Virus record (IMG/VR): IMGVR_UViG_3300005738_000002 | Coordinates: 1-53,757 of that record | DNA length: 53,757 nucleotides | Source of the DNA: a virus | Taxonomy: Duplodnaviria; Caudoviricetes | Direction: 5' to 3' (one strand) | Shown: in pieces, positions 37,401 through 46,675 of the stretch | How the letters are laid out: every line of letters begins with the position of its first letter | Position numbering within the stretch: the stretch's first letter is position 1 | Program-made: the position numbers and the translations under genes | Notes under the pieces: generated by a model | Databases searched by the model: none | Told to the model about the DNA's origin: nothing | The model's input: only the letters and a program-made list of their open reading frames with translations

Positions 37401-40400
37401 TCACATGCGATTCAGATAATAACGAAACGGAGCATACTTATCCACGAAATGGTGTTGATCCGTTTGCTGGCAAATCTATTGCTATTACTAGCGTCGGTTC
37501 TACTCAACATACAGTAGAAGATGCTCCATATGTAGCATCAAATGGTGTGGTAACAATTACCATTACCAATCATGGATTTATTAACGGAGACTACATTAAA
37601 CTTGATGACAATTCTCTTACATATACTTGTAATCTTGATGGTAATACTGTTACTAAGTCATATCCACGCGCTGGTTATGATTACCCATCAGGTCGCTGGT
37701 TAGAAATTTCTAATGCAACTACTGATACATTCCAAATTAATATTGGTCCTTCTTCTTATACTGGAGCACATACATTTGTTAGTGCGTCAGCTAGTGGATT
37801 AGAAAGACAAGACGGAACGTTCACAATTAATGTTGGTGCTTCTCCTGTTGGTCAGCAATATACTCATAATTTTGTATCAGCAACCGCTAATGCAATTAAG
37901 CACGAACCTCAGTCTAATCATACATTTGTTGGTGCATCATCAAACGCTGTTAAGCATCTTCCACAATCAGTACACACTTTTGTAAGGTCTAGTAGTAATT
38001 CTCTATCTGTTGGTGGTTCTGAATTTAAAATTTTCCTTGGTCCATCAAGATTTATTCATAGTTATGTAAGCGGTGGATCAGTTGTATACGCGGGACAGAC
38101 CTATACAGTTTCTAACTTTGTTTGGGACAATGTTATTACTGGAGAAGCAGTTGTAACACTTACAACTCCGGTTGGTGCTTTGTCTGAAGATGCAACAGTA
38201 AAAATTGCTGATTTGCTTCTAGAATGCACAATTGATGGTGTGGTTACCCAAAAGACCTATCCTAGTTTTAGCATCCCTGTAAGTGACGACAAGTGCCGTA
38301 GAGACGTTCGACACTTTATTAATGCAATTCTAAGGGATTTAGAATTTGGTAGCAATTATAATGTCATCGATGCTGCTCAAAAATATATTGATGCAACTAA
38401 TACAGAAATTGATTTTGTAAATAATGAAAGTATCCAAACTGTACGTGCTTTAGAGTATGCTAGAGAATTAATGATTTTCGCCATGAGAAAGTGGCGTACT
38501 GGAACTGGTTTATTATCAGATCCTATCTATACTCCAGTATACTCTTCTCTTACTAGATATTTTGATCCAACAGTTATCGATGATCTAGATCCTACAGAAG
38601 CTTGTGCTAATGTAAGATCTGCTATCGACACGTTATCATATCTTTTTGTTGATGTTCTTGCTAATAATACATCAGGAACTTATCTAGATGGTGTTTATCT
38701 CATTGCTAGAAATAGAGATCTTATTGCAGATGAAGCATACAAGAGAGCAATCATTCAATATCCTAGTCTTGGATTAAGCAATATTGATGAGCGCAAATGT
38801 CGTAGAGATATTAACTTAATTATTGGCGCTATAATTAGAGATCTCACTTTAGGCGGAAACTATGGCATTGTTGATGCGGCAGAACGTTACTTTACTGGAG
38901 CAGCATTAACTGGAATTCCGGCATCAGAACTGGCACCAACCAGATATGCATTTGAGCAAGCAAGGGATCTTTGCATTGCTGCAATGAGAAACTGGAAAGA
39001 TGCAGCAAGCAATCCAATCACACTTGCGAATTCTGACATTCCACAATTTACAGATTTAACAATTCTTGCTGATCCTGCAGGAGCTCCATTATGTGCAAAC
39101 GTAGAAGCTTCTATTACAACAGCATTCACTCTCCTTGATGATATTTTATCTGGAGTTATTTCACCTGGTGCTACAGCAAAAACCACAGGAACTTTATATG
39201 ATACTTCTACAATTATTAGTTATCCTGATAGTGTAATCTATGATTCCACTGGTTTAAAAATTACACCAAGATCAGATTTTGCTGATAACCCAATTATCGA
39301 GGCATCTCCATACACTCAGAACGCATCTGTTATCTCCTTCTTAGGTGGTGGCGGTGCTGAGGTTGATGGAGACAAGGTTAAGCAACCTAACTGCCCCTTC
39401 CCTGGTCTTGAGTTGGACGGAACAGCATCCTTCCCCAATCAGGGTAAGTCGATGGTTGCGGCGGCATTCACGATCGTCTCATTCGGTGGTACAGGTTACA
39501 TTATTAAAAATGATGGATATGTTCAGTTAGTTTCTGTATTCGTTATTTTCTGTGCCGATGGCGTTCTTGCAGAATCTGGTGGTTATTGTTCCATTACTAA
39601 CTCCGCTACAAACTTTGGTCAGTTTGCTCTAAGAGGAACTGGATTCCGTAAAGATCCATATAGTTTTGATATTGGTCAAATTACTAATGTATCTTCTACT
39701 CCAACAGGAAGAACAATCTTCACCGTAGGTGGACTTGGTAGAGAACCACTTGAGCATTATATTGCTAAAATTGATGGATTTGAAAATGTAAATCCTGACA
39801 TTGAATACTTTATTGATGAAGTTGATGGAGTAACAGTTGGACCTCCATTCTCCGCGCAATTGACGATGGAGTCTGGTTCTGGTGGCGGGGCAGAATTTAA
39901 AAATAGTAGTACTGGTAGTGTCGTTGCTGTTGGTGATTTAGTAGGCGAAACTATTAACTTCCACAGACCATCTATTGTCAACTCTTCTTCGCATACATGG
40001 GAATTTGCTGGTTCTGGTACTAACTATAATGCACTACCAGAGAACGGCGGAACTAAAGTTGAAGCATATGAGCAAGTTTCTGAAAACTATGGCAGAACAT
40101 ATGTTTCTGGTACTGACGAACTGGGTGACTTCAAGGTTGGTACTTTCGCTAGAATTGAAAACAGAACTGGTAACATTACTTTTACAGGTACAGTTACAAT
40201 CTCGGAAGTTGAGTTCCTTAAACTAAAAGGTGGTGACGTTGTTGTTACCGGTTTCGATGCATCTAATACATTAGGTGGCGCTAATACTACCGATTCCAAA
40301 CTACCTACACAGAAGGCAGTTAAGGATTATATTACTAACAACCTTGGTCCATATCTCAACAAACCATATTCCACAAACCCAGTTCCTAGAGCACTGGTAG

Positions 40401-43400
40401 AACTTACCGATTCTGGTAAAATCTCGGAAGATCAGATTCCACCTCTACGTCCTTTCCAAGTATTTACAGTTGCAAACCAAGCAGAAAGAGTTGCTATTGA
40501 AGGAGCACTTGCTGGTGATATTGCTATTCAGCAGGATACATCAACATCATTTATTCTAAACAATGATAATGATAGTTTGTTTATCTCATTCAATGTAGAT
40601 CCAACAATACAATTTACCATTGGTGATGTATTTACGGGCGATCTTTCTAACGGAAAAATTCAGGCAACTGAGTATAGAGAAGGTGTAGTTTATCAAATCA
40701 ATATTACTGATGGTGGTTCTGGATATGTAACTCCTCCTGTTGTTACTATTTCTGGAGGTAACCCACAAGCAGGTGCAGTTAGTGCAAGTGCTACTTGTAC
40801 AATTGCAAATGGAGTTGTTGTTCTTGTAGAAATCGAACTATTTAATAATTATATTGGTGGTAAAGGATATACTACTGCTCCTGTAGTTACTTTTGCTGCT
40901 CCTGCTGGTTCTGGAACACAAGCACAAGGTAATTCTTTAATTGAAAGTAGACTATACGGAGATATTGTTAACAACATTAAGATCGAAGATACTGACACTA
41001 TTGATAGTAGTGACGTTCCAGCAGAAGAAATTAACATTATAAGAGTTGTTAACACTTCTGCTAATGATACTAATAACTGGGTATCTCTATCCTCTAATCA
41101 AATTGCTGCTAATGACATTACATCAGGTGTCATTTCTACAGCAAGATTAGCATTTGCTTCAGATGCTGCAAACTCGTTTACATTCCTTAGAGGAGATCAA
41201 GCATATGCACCAGTTCTTCAATCTATTAAAGGTGCAGAGACTAGATATTTTGCTAAGTTAACTTCACAAGCAAGTAGTGGTAGTTCTCAACTTCTTTTTG
41301 CAACTAACTCTAATGTTCTTCTTGGACATGAAGTTGTAGCAAACATTAGCGGAATTCCAGCAAATACAAATATTACTGGAATTCTTACTGCATCTGGTAC
41401 AACTACAGTTAGTATTGATAACCCATTAACAGCAACAATTCCTGTCAATACAGTTATTGAATTTGAAAGAGGAGCATCACCGCTCACCTTTGAATCTACA
41501 CTTACACAGGGAGAATTTATTGATAACGTTGTTATTGCAAATGGTGGTTCAGGATTTACTGATGGTCAATTCTTTGATGTAGAACTAGATGGCGGAAGCG
41601 GAGTAAATTTAAGAGTCAACATCATTGTATCTGCTGGTTCTGTAACTGATTTAACTCTTACAAATTCTGGTTCTGGTTATACTTCTGACTTTACAGTTAC
41701 CGGAGCTCCTGCTGCAATTGGTAGCGGAACATCATTAGTATTACTTGCTAAAGTTAGTACAGTTAATAGACAATATGCAAACACTGCTATTGACATCGCG
41801 AGAGTTTCTAATCTAACAATTTCTGCAGACGAATATGGAACTATTGGTGTTAGTAGATTCTACAAAGATCAATTCTTCATTGGTGTTAATGGAAATGGTT
41901 CTATCAAACTTAAGACTGGAGCAGATAGTGGATTAGATGCTGACTTACTTGATGGAGCACAAGGTTCTTTCTATACAAGTGCAAGCAACCTATTTACCGG
42001 AACTGTTCCAACAGATAGACTTTCCGGCACATATAACATTAGTATTTCTGGTCAGTCTGGTAATACTATCCGACTAAATTCTTCTACATCTAACCCAACT
42101 TCAAATCCGACTCCAGATGCATTTAACGTTGGTGTTATTGCAGAGACTAGAAACAATGCAGCAGACACTCTATCTGATGGTGGTACAAGACATCTGACAT
42201 TATCCATCAGAAATGGTGGTTCTGGTTTTGATACTACATTCGGTGGTGTAAGACAACTTGCATTCACAGATAACGACAACATGTGGTTGCGTGGTTCTGG
42301 TTCTTCTCTAGCAACCTTTGGAACCTGGGCAAAAATCTGGTCATCGGAAAATGATGGTACGGGATCTGGTCTAGACGCAGACAGATTGGATAGTCGTCAA
42401 GGAGATTTTTATCAAAATGCTATTCACATGAATAGTGGTGTTTTCAGTGATGAAAGACTACCAGATCATCAAACTGCAAAGGATTTCCAAACTTCTATTC
42501 GTGTTCTTGATTGGAGTGGATTCCCAAGATATAAAATTCTTGTTAGAGATGAACTTTTAACAAGTAGTCCATTCTTAGCAGGACTAACAGTAAACTTGTA
42601 TGACGCACAAAGTCTTGCACAAGGTTCGCTTTCTATTACTAAGGTCCAACCTTATCAAGATATCAATGATGCCTTTAATAACTATACACTTATTACTGGA
42701 ACTTTAACAGCTGGTTCTTTTAGTACTGGTGCGATATCAATTGGTACTGCTTCTGTTAATTACTTATTCCAAGACTTCAGTATTTCTGATCTTGATGATA
42801 ATGTAGATGGTCTTCCTGACGGAACATTTGAAGTTGGTGGACTTAGTAGTGTTGGCGGAAATGCTCTTCTAAAATTAGGTAGAACAGATGGTTTCAATTC
42901 ATCCCCTTCAATCTACTTTAATTCTTCTCAATTAGCATCTACCAATTATAATTCAGCATTTATTGCTACGGGCGGAAATGCTACTGATGGTAGTGGCGCA
43001 CTTGAAATTAAAGTTAGTAGTCCAGATGCTCTTACATTATTAGGAAATAAAATTTGGAACGAAGGAAACGTTACATTTAATTCTACTAATGTTGTTTCCA
43101 CTGCTGTTATTCGTGATGCATCAGGTGACTTTGCTGCTGGAACAATTACAGCTTCTGTAACTGGTGCAGCATCCTTGAACGTACTCAAGGCGGGAGATAC
43201 CATGTCGGGGGCGCTGACTATTGGTGGTGTTTCAGCCTCTAATCAAGCACTTGAATCTTCTGGAAGAGCAGATTTCCTGAGTAATATTACAGTAGGCACT
43301 GATGTACAAGTAGGAACAAATACATTATTCGTAGATTCTACAAATGTCAACGTAAATATTGGCACAACTACTTCTGATTCTGCTGTAAAACTTCTGGTCG

Positions 43401-44407
43401 TGGAAACAGCAGATCAGGATGCAATCTTCAGAATGTATGCTACTGATGGAGATCGCGATCCTAGAATTCAATTATTAGGTCAAGATGGTCTTGCAAGCAG
43501 TGAAGGTTTTGAAATTCAATACGACAATAGTGTTGGAGATGTTTATTTCAAACAACTATTTACTGGTCTGACAACTACTGCGGCAATGCGGTTTGACACT
43601 GCAAATTTTGCTAGTGCTTTAACTATAACTGGAAATGGTAACGTTGGAGTCAATATGACTGCTAACGATGCATTTGAACTAGATGTAAATGGTTCAGGAA
43701 GAATTAAAACTGCACTAAACATCGGAAGAGCAGATTCTAATGCTGGTGCTCCTGTTATATTTGCTGGCGCTACAGGTGGCAGCTCAGGTGGTGGTAATTA
43801 TATTAGTAACTTTAGAGTTGGTAATCAACTTCTACAAGCAGATACTTTTGAAATTACTCCAAATAATGGTGCTAGTGGTGCTCTAGTTTGGAAAGCAACA
43901 CCAGCACTTGCCATTCAAGGTACTGGAAACAGAGTTGCTATTAATACTCTGCTATTTGGTGGAACTGATACCACAGTATCACCGCAAGTACAAAGAGAAT
44001 ATCAACTGAACATCCAAGGCGATATCAACATCAATGGTCTGGTCTTCCAGAACAATGCTGAGTTCGTTACTTCCAGATGGACAGAATCTGATAATGAACT
44101 GGATATCTACAGAGAGTCGAAAGTATGGGTTAACCCAGATTCTAGTGTTGGTGGATTTACTGGAGACCCTGACTATGATCTACAAGTTGGTGGTGGTGGA
44201 AATGATGGACACTTCGGTCTTACTGGTGTCATGTACATCAATGATTCACCTCAGTGGATTGATAGCGCGGGTATTATTAAAACCTCTGCAGCTACTCTTT
44301 CTGAAAATACAACCATCCCCGCAAATACTAATGCAATGTCTGTAGGACCAATTACAATTAATCCAGGCGTTGTAATTGATGTTGTTGGGAATTGGTCCAT
44401 TGTTTGA
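34442..44407 (+). CDS. Giant tail fibre protein (3321 aa)
   Basis: KIATTEYV, beta-helix-type cap IYVS...G.D.NDG......RTIKKA, two SGLDAD.LD motifs, VLKAGDTMSG, GNVG(V/I) fibre repeats, CBM-like W..NT.Y motifs. Confidence 0.85.
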   Translation: MSFQFNSDRETIRALAPTLIGEQEFSIRAGTGSTEKEILRTLLDPGTNLPRVGINRTGNRLDRISVDVPGSGYTLQPTVTIAPPPIGGTQAIGSAVIDEGFVTSILIDNPGAGYTSAPAVTIAGGNGAGASATAFLDTVDFELDINGAIRTSTSIISDTARILNLDIDNFVTPDAKFRAPSLKTYQNNSGIPWASNTIVQKDAYRYRGPNVYQALNAGTTGSSPPLFKDGTELNGDVNFKHIGFRVSDSLSFGYQETGDSGEFPRSITPLLGDRSDKIATTEYVLNLATNDVGGRIYVSQQIGSDLNDGRSAVAPVRTIKKAAQLAWSTPGVKETLIVSGGDYVEDNPISLPPDASVVGDNLRLVIIRPANPRKHIFKFGDKNYVIGVTYRDQIDSSGDSIATWDFAMVFDDKQRINYDASVNGDFGTSFPIGTQIFGPEKFRATFQTNTGLSALVANLPVKGVNTGAEATLNSVSFTTLTGPSAYINGNVEFSIDSGAFTPGETFLYGGSGTIKWEPNTAYTVGQILWVESNVYTVAVAGTSGASSPIHTTGTAVNGTTEVTFLRDAYEFVSTDIKSIRAEGEVVFEDTDLDNALPIVRIDFSQQGSFSGGYQDPGVTEDLGGIVFYTNALVGRQNVHDFKEGQEITISGLPTSTPDLSFLNGKQRIYKVLEDADGRCRRFVIPKKTTLTLTDNFDPGSFATVASASKSITISLLNSPNRFPMANPIARRYQDACLQIRNNADFIADEVVGKINDEFKKDYYSVYDIGGTPSQQFTPTDVTYDPATGNSVFTVANHGLALGDGVSITDQSIVFTCTMDGNKTEHALPDTDQYASGKSLPITATTTNTFTLNVGASGPDEQFTPVDAAYNPATGDLVLTIGSHSLSVGEGIVIDDNSLTFTCTMDNNDSQKSYPRPGIDPFAGRSMPITATTDTTITINAGVSGPNKYFTPSAANYDAANGDLTFTVGQHGLGVGRNVVLEDNSLTFTCDSDNNETEHTYPRNGVDPFAGKSIAITSVGSTQHTVEDAPYVASNGVVTITITNHGFINGDYIKLDDNSLTYTCNLDGNTVTKSYPRAGYDYPSGRWLEISNATTDTFQINIGPSSYTGAHTFVSASASGLERQDGTFTINVGASPVGQQYTHNFVSATANAIKHEPQSNHTFVGASSNAVKHLPQSVHTFVRSSSNSLSVGGSEFKIFLGPSRFIHSYVSGGSVVYAGQTYTVSNFVWDNVITGEAVVTLTTPVGALSEDATVKIADLLLECTIDGVVTQKTYPSFSIPVSDDKCRRDVRHFINAILRDLEFGSNYNVIDAAQKYIDATNTEIDFVNNESIQTVRALEYARELMIFAMRKWRTGTGLLSDPIYTPVYSSLTRYFDPTVIDDLDPTEACANVRSAIDTLSYLFVDVLANNTSGTYLDGVYLIARNRDLIADEAYKRAIIQYPSLGLSNIDERKCRRDINLIIGAIIRDLTLGGNYGIVDAAERYFTGAALTGIPASELAPTRYAFEQARDLCIAAMRNWKDAASNPITLANSDIPQFTDLTILADPAGAPLCANVEASITTAFTLLDDILSGVISPGATAKTTGTLYDTSTIISYPDSVIYDSTGLKITPRSDFADNPIIEASPYTQNASVISFLGGGGAEVDGDKVKQPNCPFPGLELDGTASFPNQGKSMVAAAFTIVSFGGTGYIIKNDGYVQLVSVFVIFCADGVLAESGGYCSITNSATNFGQFALRGTGFRKDPYSFDIGQITNVSSTPTGRTIFTVGGLGREPLEHYIAKIDGFENVNPDIEYFIDEVDGVTVGPPFSAQLTMESGSGGGAEFKNSSTGSVVAVGDLVGETINFHRPSIVNSSSHTWEFAGSGTNYNALPENGGTKVEAYEQVSENYGRTYVSGTDELGDFKVGTFARIENRTGNITFTGTVTISEVEFLKLKGGDVVVTGFDASNTLGGANTTDSKLPTQKAVKDYITNNLGPYLNKPYSTNPVPRALVELTDSGKISEDQIPPLRPFQVFTVANQAERVAIEGALAGDIAIQQDTSTSFILNNDNDSLFISFNVDPTIQFTIGDVFTGDLSNGKIQATEYREGVVYQINITDGGSGYVTPPVVTISGGNPQAGAVSASATCTIANGVVVLVEIELFNNYIGGKGYTTAPVVTFAAPAGSGTQAQGNSLIESRLYGDIVNNIKIEDTDTIDSSDVPAEEINIIRVVNTSANDTNNWVSLSSNQIAANDITSGVISTARLAFASDAANSFTFLRGDQAYAPVLQSIKGAETRYFAKLTSQASSGSSQLLFATNSNVLLGHEVVANISGIPANTNITGILTASGTTTVSIDNPLTATIPVNTVIEFERGASPLTFESTLTQGEFIDNVVIANGGSGFTDGQFFDVELDGGSGVNLRVNIIVSAGSVTDLTLTNSGSGYTSDFTVTGAPAAIGSGTSLVLLAKVSTVNRQYANTAIDIARVSNLTISADEYGTIGVSRFYKDQFFIGVNGNGSIKLKTGADSGLDADLLDGAQGSFYTSASNLFTGTVPTDRLSGTYNISISGQSGNTIRLNSSTSNPTSNPTPDAFNVGVIAETRNNAADTLSDGGTRHLTLSIRNGGSGFDTTFGGVRQLAFTDNDNMWLRGSGSSLATFGTWAKIWSSENDGTGSGLDADRLDSRQGDFYQNAIHMNSGVFSDERLPDHQTAKDFQTSIRVLDWSGFPRYKILVRDELLTSSPFLAGLTVNLYDAQSLAQGSLSITKVQPYQDINDAFNNYTLITGTLTAGSFSTGAISIGTASVNYLFQDFSISDLDDNVDGLPDGTFEVGGLSSVGGNALLKLGRTDGFNSSPSIYFNSSQLASTNYNSAFIATGGNATDGSGALEIKVSSPDALTLLGNKIWNEGNVTFNSTNVVSTAVIRDASGDFAAGTITASVTGAASLNVLKAGDTMSGALTIGGVSASNQALESSGRADFLSNITVGTDVQVGTNTLFVDSTNVNVNIGTTTSDSAVKLLVVETADQDAIFRMYATDGDRDPRIQLLGQDGLASSEGFEIQYDNSVGDVYFKQLFTGLTTTAAMRFDTANFASALTITGNGNVGVNMTANDAFELDVNGSGRIKTALNIGRADSNAGAPVIFAGATGGSSGGGNYISNFRVGNQLLQADTFEITPNNGASGALVWKATPALAIQGTGNRVAINTLLFGGTDTTVSPQVQREYQLNIQGDININGLVFQNNAEFVTSRWTESDNELDIYRESKVWVNPDSSVGGFTGDPDYDLQVGGGGNDGHFGLTGVMYINDSPQWIDSAGIIKTSAATLSENTTIPANTNAMSVGPITINPGVVIDVVGNWSIV
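36761..38005 (+). repeat. Four ~90-aa beta-domain repeats, nested
   Basis: Y....G....T...H......D.S..(F/Y)TC..D.N four times, followed by stacked H.FV motifs. Confidence 0.85.
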
Positions 44408-44413
44408 TAAATA
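44407..44413 (+). promoter_or_regulatory. Late promoter
   Basis: ATAAATA overlapping the fibre stop codon. Confidence 0.7.
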
Positions 44414-44445
44414 GATAAAGAAAAGAAACTCAATCATTTTTAACT

Positions 44446-45501
44446 ATGTCTGCTTTAAATGTAGGAACTATTACATTATCTAATGGATTGACTCTACCTT
44501 CTTATAGTTCTTCACCAGATACAAGACCTGCTCATGCAGCAGGTAAAACTATTTACGATACAACATCATCAACTATTCAAGTTTCTGATGGAAGTCAATG
44601 GATTAGTGCTGGTAGTGCTGGTTCTGGTTTGATTAGTGCTACTGGTGGAGAAATTACATTTTCTGGTGGATATAAAGTTCACACTTTTTCTAGTGTTGGT
44701 CAATTTAACTTTAATGTTGTTGGTGCTGCTTCAGGCGCAACTGCGGAAGTTTTAGTTGCTGCTGGGGGTGGACCTGGTGGTATTATTGGTGGCGGCGGAG
44801 GAGGTGGCGGTGTATGCTATCACTCCGCATATCCAATTACTGCTGGTAGTTATACAGTTGAAGTTGGAGCAGGTGGTGTTTGTCCTTTGTCTGGATATCC
44901 TTCTCCTAAAGGAAATAACGGATCCAATTCACAATTCGGAACACATATAGCATATGGTGGTGGTTCTGCTGGATGTTGGGCTGGAACTACAAACGAACAA
45001 GGAACTAATGGAGGATCTGGTGGTGGTGGCACAGGTCCTGGTCCTGACGCACAAGGTGGTACTGCTACAAAGGGTGTTGCTCCTGGTGGCGGACAAACGT
45101 TCGGTAATCCTGGATATAATGGCGGCAACCTAACAGGAGGTACACATAGTGGTACTCACACTGGTGGGGGTGGCGGTGGTGCAAACCCCAATAATACTCG
45201 TAACGGAAGGGTTGGTGGTGATGGTGTCACATTTAATGGTTTAACTGTTGGTGGTGGTGGCGGTGGTGGAACCCACGAAAACTATGCCAATGCTCCTATC
45301 ACAACTCCTGCTGCTCCTGGTGGCGGTGGTCGTGGTGGATCTAGAACATCGCAATATGCAGGTGGCGGTGGACAAGGTTGGGGTGAACCAGGACAAGTCA
45401 ACACTGGCGGAGGCGGCGGTGGCGGCTGGTATAATGGCGGTGGTAATGGTCAAGGTGGTGCTGGTGGTCCTGGAATTGTTCGTATTCGTCATACAGTCTA
45501 A
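44446..45501 (+). CDS. Glycine-rich adhesin-like fibre-tip protein A
   Basis: N-terminal MSALNVG...RP..G..IY...QV.DG..W module, then ATGG...YKVHTF, polyglycine runs and NTGGGGGG...GG.GG.GIV.IR end. Confidence 0.75.
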   Translation: MSALNVGTITLSNGLTLPSYSSSPDTRPAHAAGKTIYDTTSSTIQVSDGSQWISAGSAGSGLISATGGEITFSGGYKVHTFSSVGQFNFNVVGAASGATAEVLVAAGGGPGGIIGGGGGGGGVCYHSAYPITAGSYTVEVGAGGVCPLSGYPSPKGNNGSNSQFGTHIAYGGGSAGCWAGTTNEQGTNGGSGGGGTGPGPDAQGGTATKGVAPGGGQTFGNPGYNGGNLTGGTHSGTHTGGGGGGANPNNTRNGRVGGDGVTFNGLTVGGGGGGGTHENYANAPITTPAAPGGGGRGGSRTSQYAGGGGQGWGEPGQVNTGGGGGGGWYNGGGNGQGGAGGPGIVRIRHTV

Positions 45502-45504
45502 TAA

Positions 45505-46002
45505 ATGTTTTACAATGTAGAGGAAAATTTCCTCAATAGTGAAGAGTTTGAACAACTAACTAAACAAACAATAAACAATCCATATTTCCCGTTGTATTTG
45601 AAGCACCGAGTAGCATCGGCGTCTTCAGATGACGGGATTTATTTTACCCATAATTTTTTCTCTGCTAACGAAATATGCAGTGATTACTACGAGCATCTTT
45701 CTCCTATTATAGGAAAAATTAAAACTAAAAAATTTTTAAGAATTCAATTAAATTTATTTCCCAAAACTACTGAGATCGTGCGCCATGACTGGCATACAGA
45801 TATGCTTTGGGATCATAGAGGTTGTATAGTCTACCTAAATACTAATGATGGGTCAACGTTATTAAAAGAAGATGATGAGAATGCTATAAGCATTCGTTCT
45901 ATATCAAACAGAGCATTATTTTTCAATCCAGCAAAACCTCATTGTAGTACGACATGTACTGATTCTGAATTCAGAAGCAACATTATTTTTAACTATGAGT
46001 GA
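45505..46002 (+). CDS. 2OG-Fe(II) oxygenase superfamily protein
   Basis: R..LNL, WHTD (HxD), YLNTNDG.T, NR..FF...PH.S, distal R. Confidence 0.75.
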   Translation: MFYNVEENFLNSEEFEQLTKQTINNPYFPLYLKHRVASASSDDGIYFTHNFFSANEICSDYYEHLSPIIGKIKTKKFLRIQLNLFPKTTEIVRHDWHTDMLWDHRGCIVYLNTNDGSTLLKEDDENAISIRSISNRALFFNPAKPHCSTTCTDSEFRSNIIFNYE

Positions 46003-46675
46003 TTTTTACAATATATTTTCTTGTCCTGTTTGGAAAACAAAAATAACTAAACAGGACTATGATAAAGATCTCATTTTAAATGAGATGCTTCATAACTTTA
46101 AAAAAGATCCTAAAAGAAATACTTGGGATGATGTTATGAATACATCATTTAAAAGTAATTGGCATCATTCTAATAATGATGAATCTAATAGTAATTTTTT
46201 ACCAGTAAGTTATGAACAATCTGGACTGACAAAATGTATGGATTCTAAGATTAGAGAATTTATGTCATATCTTTCCCTAATTTCTGATGTAAATTATTTT
46301 TTTCAAATTACAAATTATACAGTATCCACTGAAGGATATTATTTGACTAGTCATGGTCATGGAAAAGATTCGTTTAGTTCTGTTTTATTCCTACAATTTG
46401 ATAAATTAAATCATCCACCAACATATTTTAATAATCCATATACAGCAGCAGACCAAACCAGATGTTTACAAAAAGATCTTTACGAATCTTTCGATAACAA
46501 AAATCCTTTCTTTAGTTATATGCAAGACACTTGGGCAGTTGATGTAGAAGAAGATGATTATATTATTTTTCCAGGTCATATTAAACACGAAGTTCCTCCT
46601 GTAGGAAAATCTGATAAAGAGAGAATTACTATTTCATGTAATATAAAGGTTTATAAAAATGTCGAAGCAAATTGA
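45995..46675 (+). CDS. Putative 2OG-Fe(II) oxygenase (HxH type, TIGR02466-like)
   Basis: HGH...FSSV.FL, IIFPG.IKHEV, RITISCN. Confidence 0.75.
   Translation: MSDFYNIFSCPVWKTKITKQDYDKDLILNEMLHNFKKDPKRNTWDDVMNTSFKSNWHHSNNDESNSNFLPVSYEQSGLTKCMDSKIREFMSYLSLISDVNYFFQITNYTVSTEGYYLTSHGHGKDSFSSVLFLQFDKLNHPPTYFNNPYTAADQTRCLQKDLYESFDNKNPFFSYMQDTWAVDVEEDDYIIFPGHIKHEVPPVGKSDKERITISCNIKVYKNVEAN

Noticed and set aside
9103-44407. Introns, inteins or homing endonucleases in the giant genes
   Set aside because: Frames are continuous, and I saw no intein splice motifs or LAGLIDADG/HNH/GIY-YIG signatures
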